Origin: Candidatus Hadarchaeota archaeon
GTDB lineage: Archaea > Hadarchaeota > Hadarchaeia > Hadarchaeales > JAGGTB01
Assembly: GCA_964384105.1 (NCBI GenBank)
Contig: CAYLJV010000001.1
Location: forward strand, 416,001 to 480,000
Direction of reading: 5' to 3'
Length of the DNA stretch: 64,000 nt
Shown here: in pieces, positions 49,603 to 58,135 of the stretch
How the letters are laid out: each line of letters opens with the position of its first letter
Numbering within the stretch: the stretch's first letter is position 1
Notes under the pieces: generated by a model
The model's input: only the letters and a program-made list of their open reading frames with translations
The model's database searches: none
Told to the model about the DNA's origin: nothing
Made by a program: the position numbers and the translations under genes

Positions 49603-50129
49603 GCGAAGTGGTTGTTCTTAGGATCGGACATAGGCCCGGAAGAGATTTAAGAATTAGTACTCACGCGGCATTAGTGGCTCGTGCTTTTGGTGCCAAGGGA
49701 ATTATTTTTTCAAATTATGAGGCTAAAAAGACTCGGGAAAGTTTGGAGAGGGTTAATGAGAACTGGGGTGGTTCATTTTTTGTAGAAGGTGGGAAGTCGT
49801 GGCGAAAAGTAATCGACGATTGGCAATCCTCCGGAGGGGTAGTGGCTCATTTGACTATGTATGGTTTGCCTGTTCGTGAGGTAATACCTAAAATTAGAGA
49901 TGAGGATGTGCTTGTTGTTATCGGAGCCGAAAAGGTACCGGGGGAGATTTACAATCTCGTAGACTTTAATGTTGCAGTAGGTAATCAACCACATTCAGAA
50001 ATTTCGGCTTTGGCAGTTTTTTTGGATAGACTCTTTGAGGGGGAAGAACTAGAAGAGGAGTTTCAAGGAGCTAGAAGAAAGATAATACCCTCTGAGTCAG
50101 GAAAAAAGGTTCTAGAAATAGATAAATAG
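49599..50129 (+). CDS. trm56: tRNA (cytidine56-2'-O)-methyltransferase
   Basis: LR.GHR..RD.R..TH..L.ARA.GA, HLTMYG, GAEKVP, NQPHSE. Confidence 0.96.
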   Translation: MSEVVVLRIGHRPGRDLRISTHAALVARAFGAKGIIFSNYEAKKTRESLERVNENWGGSFFVEGGKSWRKVIDDWQSSGGVVAHLTMYGLPVREVIPKIRDEDVLVVIGAEKVPGEIYNLVDFNVAVGNQPHSEISALAVFLDRLFEGEELEEEFQGARRKIIPSESGKKVLEIDK

Positions 50130-50227
50130 GCCCTTCTCTTTTCTATATCTTACGGGATAGTTTTATTACTTAATCTCAATAGAGAGTCTTGTTAAGTGAA
50201 GAACTTTAAAAAGTAGGTCAGTTATCT

Positions 50228-50749
50228 ATGGCAACTATTGACGAATTAACGAAAACCCCCGAATTTGAAAAGATTTTAAACAGGGTAGCGGGTGACCATG
50301 GCAGCGAAGTGATAGAGGTACTCTTGGATAAAGAGGAGACAACAGATGAGGAAATCGCCAATGAAACAGGAATAAGACTGAATTTGGTACGAAAAATTCT
50401 CTATGACCTGTACGATAATCGAGTTGTTGATTATAGAAGGACGAGAGATGATAGCACGGGTTGGTACTCTTATTATTGGCACGTAGAACCTGAGCGTGCT
50501 TTGGAACTAATTAGCGAAAACAAACGAGCACTTTTGGATAAGTTAAAGGAAAGGTTAGAGCATGAAAGAAATACCTTATTTTTCACTTGCGGTGACGATT
50601 GCCCCAGAGTAGAGTTTGGCGAAGCATTAGAAATGAATTTCGAATGTCCTCGCTGTGGAGGGAAAATGAGTGAGTTTGACAATAGCGGTATAGTAAAATC
50701 TCTGGAAAACCAGATAGAAATGCTTGAACAAGAAACTTCGGGGAATTAG
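50228..50749 (+). CDS. tfe: Transcription factor E (TFE/TFIIE alpha)
   Basis: TDEEIA..TG..LN.VRK.LY.L, GW..YYW, zinc ribbon C..C / F.CP.CG. Confidence 0.95.
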   Translation: MATIDELTKTPEFEKILNRVAGDHGSEVIEVLLDKEETTDEEIANETGIRLNLVRKILYDLYDNRVVDYRRTRDDSTGWYSYYWHVEPERALELISENKRALLDKLKERLEHERNTLFFTCGDDCPRVEFGEALEMNFECPRCGGKMSEFDNSGIVKSLENQIEMLEQETSGN

Positions 50750-51268
50750 TTGATTTCATCTGAACATGCTCTTAGAGTTTTAGAGGATGAAGGTTGCTCT
50801 TCTGAAGTTATTGAGCATGTTAAGACTGTTACTGATAAGTCAGTTGAGATTGCGAAGAAGATAGCCGAAGATGGACATCAAGTTGATATTGAACTAGTTA
50901 GAATTGGGGCTCTCTTGCATGATATTGGAAGATCTAAATCTCATGACATCTCTCATGGGGTGGAAGGGGGAAGGATACTCAGAGAGAGGGGGCTTGAGAG
51001 ATTATCGGCTTTTGCAGAAAATCATGTAGGGGCAGGCATAACTTTCACTGAGGCAAAAGAACTTGGTATACCGCCAAAGGATTATCTTCCAGTTACCATA
51101 GAGGAGAAGATTGTAACTTATAGTGATAATCTTGTTAGAGGGAGTCAAGTGATTTCTTTCACGGAAGCTCTGGAAGAATTTGAGGAAGAATTGGGATCGG
51201 AACATCCTTCTATAGAGAGATTTAAGAAATTACATGAGGAGCTCCGGGAGCTGGGTGGAGCCGATTAG
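50750..51268 (+). CDS. HDIG domain phosphohydrolase (archaeal TIGR00295-like)
   Basis: GALLHDIGR..H...H...G, H.GAGI, P.T.EEKIV..D. Confidence 0.9.
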   Translation: MISSEHALRVLEDEGCSSEVIEHVKTVTDKSVEIAKKIAEDGHQVDIELVRIGALLHDIGRSKSHDISHGVEGGRILRERGLERLSAFAENHVGAGITFTEAKELGIPPKDYLPVTIEEKIVTYSDNLVRGSQVISFTEALEEFEEELGSEHPSIERFKKLHEELRELGGAD

Positions 51269-51310
51269 TTTAATCTTATTAAAAAAATATTTGAACTCCT
51301 TTCAAGAACT

Positions 51311-52183
51311 TTAGGAATCATTTTCTGGTTCTAGATGAAGGTAGACCGCATCGACTTCCGATAAGGAGCCTATCTCTTTCTTCAAATCCTCCTCTATATC
51401 ATGCACGGTATAGAAGTCGAGCTTGTCTGAGAGGTGTATGTTTAGTGAAACATGTATCTCCGGTCCGACGTAGTGAGCTTCTAGGTCGTGATAGGATATC
51501 ACTTCTTTCTTTTCATCTAATATTTTCCTTATTCTATCGACGATTTTCTCAGGAGCTGCGCCGCCAGTTAAAAATTTGAAGTTCTTCTTTCCGATGGAGT
51601 AAGCGGTTTTGAATATCCATACTGAAACGATTAATCCCACAAAGGTGTCTAGAAAAAGTAATCCACCCCCCGCTCCTATTACACCTACAAGAGCAGTAAA
51701 AGAGGCCAAGACATCAGTTTTTGAGTCTTCTGACGAAGATATTAATGCGGTTGATCCTAATTCTTTTCCTTTCTTTTTCAAGAAAACAGATAATCCGAAT
51801 TTGGTAATTGCTGATATGATTAGAGCGATGATAAGAAATATACTAAACTTGTAAACTGGATTGAAGATACTTTCTATCGCTTGCTTGACTATTAAGACCC
51901 CAGTAATCCCGATCGCAATAGCGACGACTAAGGATATGAAAGGCTCAAATCTTTCGTGACCATGAGGATGAGAGTCATCTTTTGGTCTTAGTAATATCTC
52001 AAAGCCGAGAAACAGGAACCCGGAATAAGCGAGATCACCGAGGGAGTTAAAGGCATCTGCTTTTACCGATATTGATTGGTAGAAAAAAGTGGGTACCCAT
52101 TTTATGAGGAATAGGGATAGATTTACCCCGATCAGGAGCAAAGCTATCATTCTAACCTTTTTTCTTTTTTCCGTTATCTCCAT
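51311..52183 (-). CDS. Cation diffusion facilitator family transporter
   Basis: ADA.NS..D, P.D..HP.GH.RFE, D...D, H.I...., HLEP. Confidence 0.92.
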   Translation of the reverse strand: MEITEKRKKVRMIALLLIGVNLSLFLIKWVPTFFYQSISVKADAFNSLGDLAYSGFLFLGFEILLRPKDDSHPHGHERFEPFISLVVAIAIGITGVLIVKQAIESIFNPVYKFSIFLIIALIISAITKFGLSVFLKKKGKELGSTALISSSEDSKTDVLASFTALVGVIGAGGGLLFLDTFVGLIVSVWIFKTAYSIGKKNFKFLTGGAAPEKIVDRIRKILDEKKEVISYHDLEAHYVGPEIHVSLNIHLSDKLDFYTVHDIEEDLKKEIGSLSEVDAVYLHLEPENDS

Positions 52184-52269
52184 GACATTGATAATTGTTC
52201 CTAATTCCAAAAAAGTTAGTTGTATTAAAGAAACTCATTACTTGTTTTGAAGCTCAAGTTCTATGTGGA

Positions 52270-52830
52270 TTAATCCTTTAATGTAACGTTTTTTATCTCT
52301 CTTCTTTCGATTATCTTTTCTATGAAAAATCCCATGAGTGAAACGAAAATTATTGTCAATATAAGTCTTGTAACCATGAAGTTCAGACCCAAGAACTGTA
52401 GTTCTATCATCTCTTGTGGAATTTTTATGCAGGCCCAGGCCGAGAGAAAGATGATTATGTTCATGACTCGTGCACCTTTTTTAAGCATCGCTGCCGCTAG
52501 TGGAAAAGCCACATAAAGAGGGCCGGTCGGCGTAGCTCCGAGAACGACAGCTATCAAAATCCCTTTTAGCCCTGAAGCTTTGCCTAAATATTTAACAACT
52601 AACTCTTTCGAAATCCAGACTTTGAAAAGTCCCATCAAAATCATTACTGCGGGGAGTATCCATATCATCTCTAAGAGATAATCCCATGAGGTAGAAACTA
52701 CGGGCCCGGTTTTTTCAGGAAAGATAGATAGAAGAATTGCCATTACTACTAATGCAAGTCCAAGAAGAATCCAGTCTCGGAGTACCTTCTTTTTGGATCT
52801 CTTCTCTTTCCCTTTACTTTCAGGCTTCAA
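52270..52830 (-). CDS. DUF318/ArsP-like small permease (subunit B, cassette 2)
   Basis: EM..ILP...LMGL..VW, LG..SG..G, GPLY.AFP.A..L..KGA, E..FLG..F...R. Confidence 0.8.
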   Translation of the reverse strand: MKPESKGKEKRSKKKVLRDWILLGLALVVMAILLSIFPEKTGPVVSTSWDYLLEMIWILPAVMILMGLFKVWISKELVVKYLGKASGLKGILIAVVLGATPTGPLYVAFPLAAAMLKKGARVMNIIIFLSAWACIKIPQEMIELQFLGLNFMVTRLILTIIFVSLMGFFIEKIIERREIKNVTLKD

Positions 52831-53309
52831 AGTATCAACCCCATTAAAATGGATATTATAATGGCGATTACGAAGCTCAGACCGTTCCTAAGAAAGGCCA
52901 TCTTTTTTCCTAGTATCTTTATCTCTACAGGAAGGTAGACCGTTCCGATCATTGTTAAAGTTGTAATAAATGCCGCGGCTGCCATAATTGAGGCCCCGCT
53001 TTCCAGTAAAGATGCTGCGAGAGGGAAAGCTATGAGGGACGGAATATGTAAAATTGATCCTATTCCTCCAATTATCAAAACTCCCAGAATTCCTGATTGT
53101 TCGCCAAAGAACCTTGCTATTTGATCGGGGGGTACGAAACCCAGAAGCAAACCGACTATCACTACGATAACTAATATCATCGGGAGGATCTTAATCAGAG
53201 ATTTGCCCGCAACCTTCAGAGAACGAATCGCTTTTTCCTTATTTTTAAAGAAGGCTATTATGAGTCCAGCTAAAGCGAAGGCGTTTATTATGATTGCTGT
53301 GAGGTTCAT
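52827..53309 (-). CDS. DUF318/ArsP-like small permease (subunit A, cassette 2)
   Basis: G.I..IP..IAFPLA..L...GA, FITTLTM.G....P.E...G.K....RN. Confidence 0.8.
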   Translation of the reverse strand: MNLTAIIINAFALAGLIIAFFKNKEKAIRSLKVAGKSLIKILPMILVIVVIVGLLLGFVPPDQIARFFGEQSGILGVLIIGGIGSILHIPSLIAFPLAASLLESGASIMAAAAFITTLTMIGTVYLPVEIKILGKKMAFLRNGLSFVIAIIISILMGLIL

Positions 53310-53968
53310 TGTACCCCTCCCATATTTCTATACTCGATAGAATCTACGGGGCATACTTCCTCACATCTGAAACATACTAGACATTCTTTATTTTTGATTT
53401 CTCTTGCACCTGAGTCGAGGGTGGATATCGTATTATTTGGGCAGACCTCCTGACACTTTCCACATCCAATACAGCTAGATTTATCTACTTTCAGTCCATA
53501 TTTGGCGTAATTTGAAGATAAGCTGAGGATAGCTCCATAAGGACATATATTTTTGTGGAAGGTTTCTTCTTCGAATATAAGAAAAAAACCTACCCCTATC
53601 AGTGTTATGATTAGGAATACTGGCAATTGTGTTCCTGCGGTTCTTATGTAGATAATACTAGAAATTAAAGCGATCAACGCGATCCACCTTCCCCAGCCTT
53701 TTGAAAGTAGCGAAGGTGTTTTTCTTCTTGTTCTACCTAGCTTACTATAGACCCATCCTATTGGACGAGCTAGTGCTCCTATAGGACAGATCCATCCACA
53801 GTAAAATCTGCTGAAAACTATAGATGCCAATACTCCAATGCCAAATATCAAGAGCCAGAATTGGGTAAGTCCATTCAGGACAAGTACAATAAAGAGAGAA
53901 AAAAATAGCGTTTGAATCGCTGCCCTAAGGATATATCTGAATCTACTGTTGTTTTTGATTAGTATCAC
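53306..53968 (-). CDS. Membrane-bound 4Fe-4S binding protein (NapH/MauN-like)
   Basis: TM helices; RFYCGWICP.G, CPYG, two CxxCxxCxxxCP motifs. Confidence 0.88.
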   Translation of the reverse strand: MILIKNNSRFRYILRAAIQTLFFSLFIVLVLNGLTQFWLLIFGIGVLASIVFSRFYCGWICPIGALARPIGWVYSKLGRTRRKTPSLLSKGWGRWIALIALISSIIYIRTAGTQLPVFLIITLIGVGFFLIFEEETFHKNICPYGAILSLSSNYAKYGLKVDKSSCIGCGKCQEVCPNNTISTLDSGAREIKNKECLVCFRCEEVCPVDSIEYRNMGGVQ

Positions 53969-54555
53969 CTTTTTAGGATTTTAAACAGTTCTTCAGTGAT
54001 CTTGTCAGCTTTCTCAGTCAATGAATAGGAAAATTTGTTGTCTCTCCATTCTAATGCAGACATCCTGACGGCACCCATAAAAAGCAGAGCGAATATTTCT
54101 GGGTCTGTCTCTTTGGAAAAATGTCCTTTTTCCTGTCCATTTTTTATAATATTTTTTAAAGTCTCTTTCTTTGCTTCATGATGTTTAGTAAACAGCTCCT
54201 TTATTTCTGGATATTCTCTGAAAATCTCTCCTTGAAAAAGAACAGCTGTTATGTGCGGATTTTCTTCTAGCCTTTCTAAGTGATTGTAAAGTAAATCTCC
54301 AAGTAAGTCGTAGGGGTCCTCGTATTCATTTGGGTTAGTGGGCGCCTGACTTTTTTCAAACACCATGTTTGCTAGGTTTCTTAAAATCTCTTCTTTGTTT
54401 TCAAAGTGTCTATAAATTGCTGGCTCTGAAATATTTATCCTGTCGGCTATATTTCGGACAGTTAAATTCTTGTAACCCTCTTCATGGATGATTCGAAGTC
54501 CTATTTTTAGTATTTCTCCTTGTCTTTCTTCGCTACTCATTCGCTTTTGACTCAT
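53965..54555 (-). CDS. TetR/AcrR family transcriptional regulator
   Basis: RQ.EI......I...G...LT...IA....ISEPAIYRHF.NKE. Confidence 0.93.
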   Translation of the reverse strand: MSQKRMSSEERQGEILKIGLRIIHEEGYKNLTVRNIADRINISEPAIYRHFENKEEILRNLANMVFEKSQAPTNPNEYEDPYDLLGDLLYNHLERLEENPHITAVLFQGEIFREYPEIKELFTKHHEAKKETLKNIIKNGQEKGHFSKETDPEIFALLFMGAVRMSALEWRDNKFSYSLTEKADKITEELFKILKR

Positions 54556-54562
54556 TTAATCT

Positions 54563-54586
54563 ATGTTAGCTAACGATAACTAACAT
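54563..54586. promoter_or_regulatory. Palindromic TetR operator ATGTTAG-N10-CTAACAT
   Basis: 7-bp inverted repeat between the TATA box and tetR start; matches 57547-57566. Confidence 0.75.
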
Positions 54587-54683
54587 TTATAAATTTTTCT
54601 ATCTGTATTTTTGATGTTTACGCAAAAAGATGCAAGAAAGTCATTTGATTTAGATATCGGAAAAGATTTAATTGGTTTCTTGG

Positions 54684-54998
54684 TCAACCCGTATCCTTTA
54701 CTTTATCGGTGATCTTGATCGCTTTTCCTAAGTTACTTTGATTTAGTTCTCCACTTTTTTGGATTATCCATCCCGTTTCGCCGGTTGAGGGCTTACTTGC
54801 GGCGATACTGATATCTTGGTGGACAGTGAATCCTTCTTTTTCGGCCATTTTTCCATCTTCTACTTTTACTTTGAGAATTTCTCTTTCCATCCCTCTTTTC
54901 TTAGCCAGATCTGCTAAGAGTTCGACGTCTTCTTTATTCTTGTAGATTCTACGACCCTTCTTACCTTCAAACATTTCCAATTTGGACACCTTGATCAA
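54684..54998 (-). CDS. Hypothetical protein
   Basis: 104-aa ORF co-oriented inside the cassette; no recognised motif. Confidence 0.45.
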   Translation of the reverse strand: MIKVSKLEMFEGKKGRRIYKNKEDVELLADLAKKRGMEREILKVKVEDGKMAEKEGFTVHQDISIAASKPSTGETGWIIQKSGELNQSNLGKAIKITDKVKDTG

Positions 54999-55031
54999 AT
55001 GGATTGATTTTATAGTCTCTTGATTTCCCGC

Positions 55032-55649
55032 TCATTTACTAGGGACTTTTTTAATTCCAGTTACCACGTAGAGACTGGCTAAATCTGGATCGTTGGAGTC
55101 GAAGACCTTCTTACCTTTAATGCCAAGAAAGTATTCGCTTTCTGTTGAGAAATACTTTTTCATGTGTTTTTCGATTGCTTTTGGTTCTGATTGAACTTTT
55201 CTGAAGTAGGAGCCTTCTTTTTTAATATGGGATTTAAAATACTCGGACTCAGGATTGAGCATCATGGCTAGCAGTTTACCGCCCGGGACGAGAACTCTTG
55301 CCATCTCTTGAACCGCCCTTTCGGAATCTTCGATAAATTCTAGAGCAGTTATGGAGTAAGCACAGTCGAGACTCTTTTCCTTGAATGGTAGCCGCTCTGC
55401 GCTAGCGAGAACGAGAGGGCCCTCTACTCTATTTTTAGCCTCCAAGAGCATTTGAAAAGAGGAGTCCAAGTAGATTATATCGAGGTCTCCGATTCTTTCG
55501 CCTATAGAACCGATACCACATCCTACGCTGAGAACGGTGTCACATCCCCGGAGCTTTTCTCTTACCCGTTTGGCCTCTCTGTCCATGAGTTTCTTGCCGA
55601 AGTCTTTGTTGCAGAAATCGATGAATTTTTTGACTTCTTTTTCGGTCAT
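55032..55649 (-). CDS. Class I SAM-dependent methyltransferase
   Basis: VLSVGCGIG, D.S..ML..A, AE.LPF...S.D, E..RVL.PGG. Confidence 0.9.
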   Translation of the reverse strand: MTEKEVKKFIDFCNKDFGKKLMDREAKRVREKLRGCDTVLSVGCGIGSIGERIGDLDIIYLDSSFQMLLEAKNRVEGPLVLASAERLPFKEKSLDCAYSITALEFIEDSERAVQEMARVLVPGGKLLAMMLNPESEYFKSHIKKEGSYFRKVQSEPKAIEKHMKKYFSTESEYFLGIKGKKVFDSNDPDLASLYVVTGIKKVPSK

Positions 55650-55703
55650 CCTTATTGTGATTCTCCTTTGTGAACCTTTTAATTTTCTTATTGAGATTGT
55701 GAA

Positions 55704-56429
55704 CTACTTTTTGCTAATGATAACCGGTTTTTCCACAGATCTCATTATTTTTTCTTTCACTTTTTCCCCTCCGGGCTTGCACTTGTCGAGATCAGCCTTT
55801 CCCTTTGCTATCGCTTCTGCATAGTTGGGGCAGCTGTCGTAACCGCAGGCACCGCAGTTGTGCCCAGGGAGTATGTCCATTATTTTCTGCACCTTCTCAC
55901 TGATTTTCCCGATGGAGGAGATGATTTCCTCTCGACTTACGAGTTTTCCCATTAGATATCCTATAGCGATTATCGCCGGAAGTGTTAGAGTCCATCTCGC
56001 GAGCATGAAACTTACGCCCAGAAACTGGATTTCGAGCAGGAGTATAGGGAGCTTAGTTACGGCCCAAGTGCTCAATATGATTGTGATGTTGGAGACGCTT
56101 GCTCCTTTGCGTAGAAGTGATTGGGTTACCGGAAATCCTGCGTAGATAGGGCCGGCTGAGACAGTTCCCAAACCGAAAGAGGCGAGCTTTCCTTTGATTC
56201 CGGATTCCGAACCAAAAGTGTTCAAGATTTTTTCTCTGGGAACCCAGACTTCCAAAAGGCCTGTGAATATCAATATTGGCGGGAGAACCTCCATCATTTC
56301 ACGAATATAGATCCAGGATGTGTCGAGCGCTTGCCTGAAGATGTTCCCGTCGAATAAAAGGACGATTATGTATGCCACTATGGCTGCCACGAGTATTTTG
56401 TTATCTTTGAGATAGTTTTTCAAATTCAC
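55704..56429 (-). CDS. DUF318/ArsP-like permease (subunit B, cassette 1) fused to a C-terminal RnfB-type [4Fe-4S] domain
   Basis: GL.EVWVP, GPIY.GFP, E..FLG; C-terminal LPG.NCGACGY.SC..YA.AI.......C.PGG. Confidence 0.85.
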   Translation of the reverse strand: MNLKNYLKDNKILVAAIVAYIIVLLFDGNIFRQALDTSWIYIREMMEVLPPILIFTGLLEVWVPREKILNTFGSESGIKGKLASFGLGTVSAGPIYAGFPVTQSLLRKGASVSNITIILSTWAVTKLPILLLEIQFLGVSFMLARWTLTLPAIIAIGYLMGKLVSREEIISSIGKISEKVQKIMDILPGHNCGACGYDSCPNYAEAIAKGKADLDKCKPGGEKVKEKIMRSVEKPVIISKK

Positions 56430-56433
56430 TTTA

Positions 56434-56925
56434 TCAGAACCATCCTAGTAAGATTGCCATCCCCAGGGCGATCAGTATCGCAAATATGAAGCTGAGGATG
56501 TTTCTAACGAGAGTGAATTTTTTACCGAAATGCTCAATTTCTACCGGGGACGTTGCGAACCCGACCATGGTAAGAGTTGTAATGAACCCTGCGGCCACTA
56601 CTAGGTAAGCTCCTTGACTCATCAGGTCGGCAGCCATGGGGATCGCCACAAATTTTGGCAGGATTAGTAACGTTCCAATACCTGCGCCGTACAAAGTAGC
56701 TAGGAAAGCGTTACCTGTGCCTAGTAATGATTGAATGGCGCCGTCGGGGATGAGAGCGAAAAACAGAGCCACCAGCAGGAGGAGGCCAAAAATTTCCCCT
56801 CCTATTTTTATGGCCATTCCTTTTGCAACGTTTAGACTCTCCTTTGTCTTTTCCTTGCTCTTGATGACGGACCATCCCAGCAGAACCAAAGCTGCAGGAA
56901 CCATAATTAGAACGATAATATTCAT
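56434..56925 (-). CDS. DUF318/ArsP-like small permease (subunit A, cassette 1)
   Basis: G....LP.FVA.P.A..L...GA, FITTLTMVG....P.E...FG.K....RN. Confidence 0.8.
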   Translation of the reverse strand: MNIIVLIMVPAALVLLGWSVIKSKEKTKESLNVAKGMAIKIGGEIFGLLLLVALFFALIPDGAIQSLLGTGNAFLATLYGAGIGTLLILPKFVAIPMAADLMSQGAYLVVAAGFITTLTMVGFATSPVEIEHFGKKFTLVRNILSFIFAILIALGMAILLGWF

Positions 56926-57542
56926 TATTGATCGCTCCCCTTTCCCACGAGTTTTTTGAACTGCATCCAAAGTTCGTCCATCTGTCCTTCGAGAGATTTC
57001 TCGCCTCCGCTAAGAGACCAAAAAAGTATCTGTGCTTGTATCATCCCGAAGTAAAAACTGAAAGAAGAATCCGGCTTGATGTCTTCCCTTATCTGGTTTT
57101 TCTCGATTCCCTTTCTGAGAAGGCTTTTGATGAGGTCCTTATATTTGTTGATGATGTTGAGAAGTTCTTTTTGAAGGCTCTCTTCATTGAAATGTACTTC
57201 GTCGGAGAATAAGAGACGCGTGATTCCGGGATTGTTTTGTATGAATCTCATATGGGTTTTAAATACCCTTCTTATTTTCTCTAGGTTGTCGTCAGTTTCG
57301 GCTTCTTCAGCTGAAGCGGATAGTGATTCAATTAGTTCTTTTCCGGCAGCTCGAATCGTTGCCGTGATAACATCCTTCTTGGTGGAGAAATGCTTGTAGA
57401 GGGCAGCTTCTGAGAAGCCGACTCGCTCTGCGATCTCGGATGTTCTTAGGAGTCCTATTCCTTTTTCACCGACTAATTCCAGAGTTGCCTCTATGATTTC
57501 TTTCTTGCGTTCGCTTTTGCTTTTTCGTGTAATCTCAAACAC
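56925..57542 (-). CDS. TetR/AcrR family transcriptional regulator
   Basis: RK.EI......L....G.......IA..VG.SEAALYKHF.TK. Confidence 0.93.
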   Translation of the reverse strand: MFEITRKSKSERKKEIIEATLELVGEKGIGLLRTSEIAERVGFSEAALYKHFSTKKDVITATIRAAGKELIESLSASAEEAETDDNLEKIRRVFKTHMRFIQNNPGITRLLFSDEVHFNEESLQKELLNIINKYKDLIKSLLRKGIEKNQIREDIKPDSSFSFYFGMIQAQILFWSLSGGEKSLEGQMDELWMQFKKLVGKGSDQ

Positions 57543-57546
57543 CTTT

Positions 57547-57566
57547 GTTAGTAACCACTTACTAAC
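57547..57566. promoter_or_regulatory. Palindromic TetR operator GTTAGTAA-CCAC-TTACTAAC
   Basis: Perfect 8-bp inverted repeat immediately upstream of the tetR GTG. Confidence 0.78.
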
Positions 57567-57701
57567 TTATACTTTTAAATGTTGGGTTCTAATAGCTCTC
57601 GAGTAATTTCCTTTTTAATTGAATGGAAGAACCGAAAGGGAAAATGTCTTAAGATAAAGTTCTTGGAATTATAGGGGAGAAAGAACAATTGAGGTATTGT
57701 T

Positions 57702-58010
57702 ATGGAAATTATAGATTTGAAGTCGATTGAGTCCTCGGAGGAGTTCAGACCCCACAAGCTGATACAGAAGGACGAGGTTGAAGTGGTTCTCTTGGCCTTT
57801 GAACCGGGACAGGGCCTGCCTGTACACGAGACTCCAGTGGACGTGTTTTTCCATGTGATAGAGGGTGAAGCTAAAATAAAGGTCGGTGAAGAGGAAAAAA
57901 CTGTTTCAGAAGGAAATATTGTGCTGAGTCCTGCCGATATACCACATACGGTTAGGAATGAATCGGAAGAAGAAGCGAAGATCCTGGTAGTAAAGACTCC
58001 TAAACCGTAA
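57702..58010 (+). CDS. Cupin domain protein
   Basis: PGQ..P.H....D.FF.V.EG and P...PH.V.N motifs. Confidence 0.9.
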   Translation: MEIIDLKSIESSEEFRPHKLIQKDEVEVVLLAFEPGQGLPVHETPVDVFFHVIEGEAKIKVGEEEKTVSEGNIVLSPADIPHTVRNESEEEAKILVVKTPKP

Positions 58011-58135
58011 TCTAGGCATTAGTCTCTTTTAACGATTCTACAATTTTTTAATAAGATAGCACTTCTTGCTATTCAGATTGGATACTCATTTACTTTAGGA
58101 AATCGTTAAGAGTTTGGTTGAGAGGAGAACAGAGA

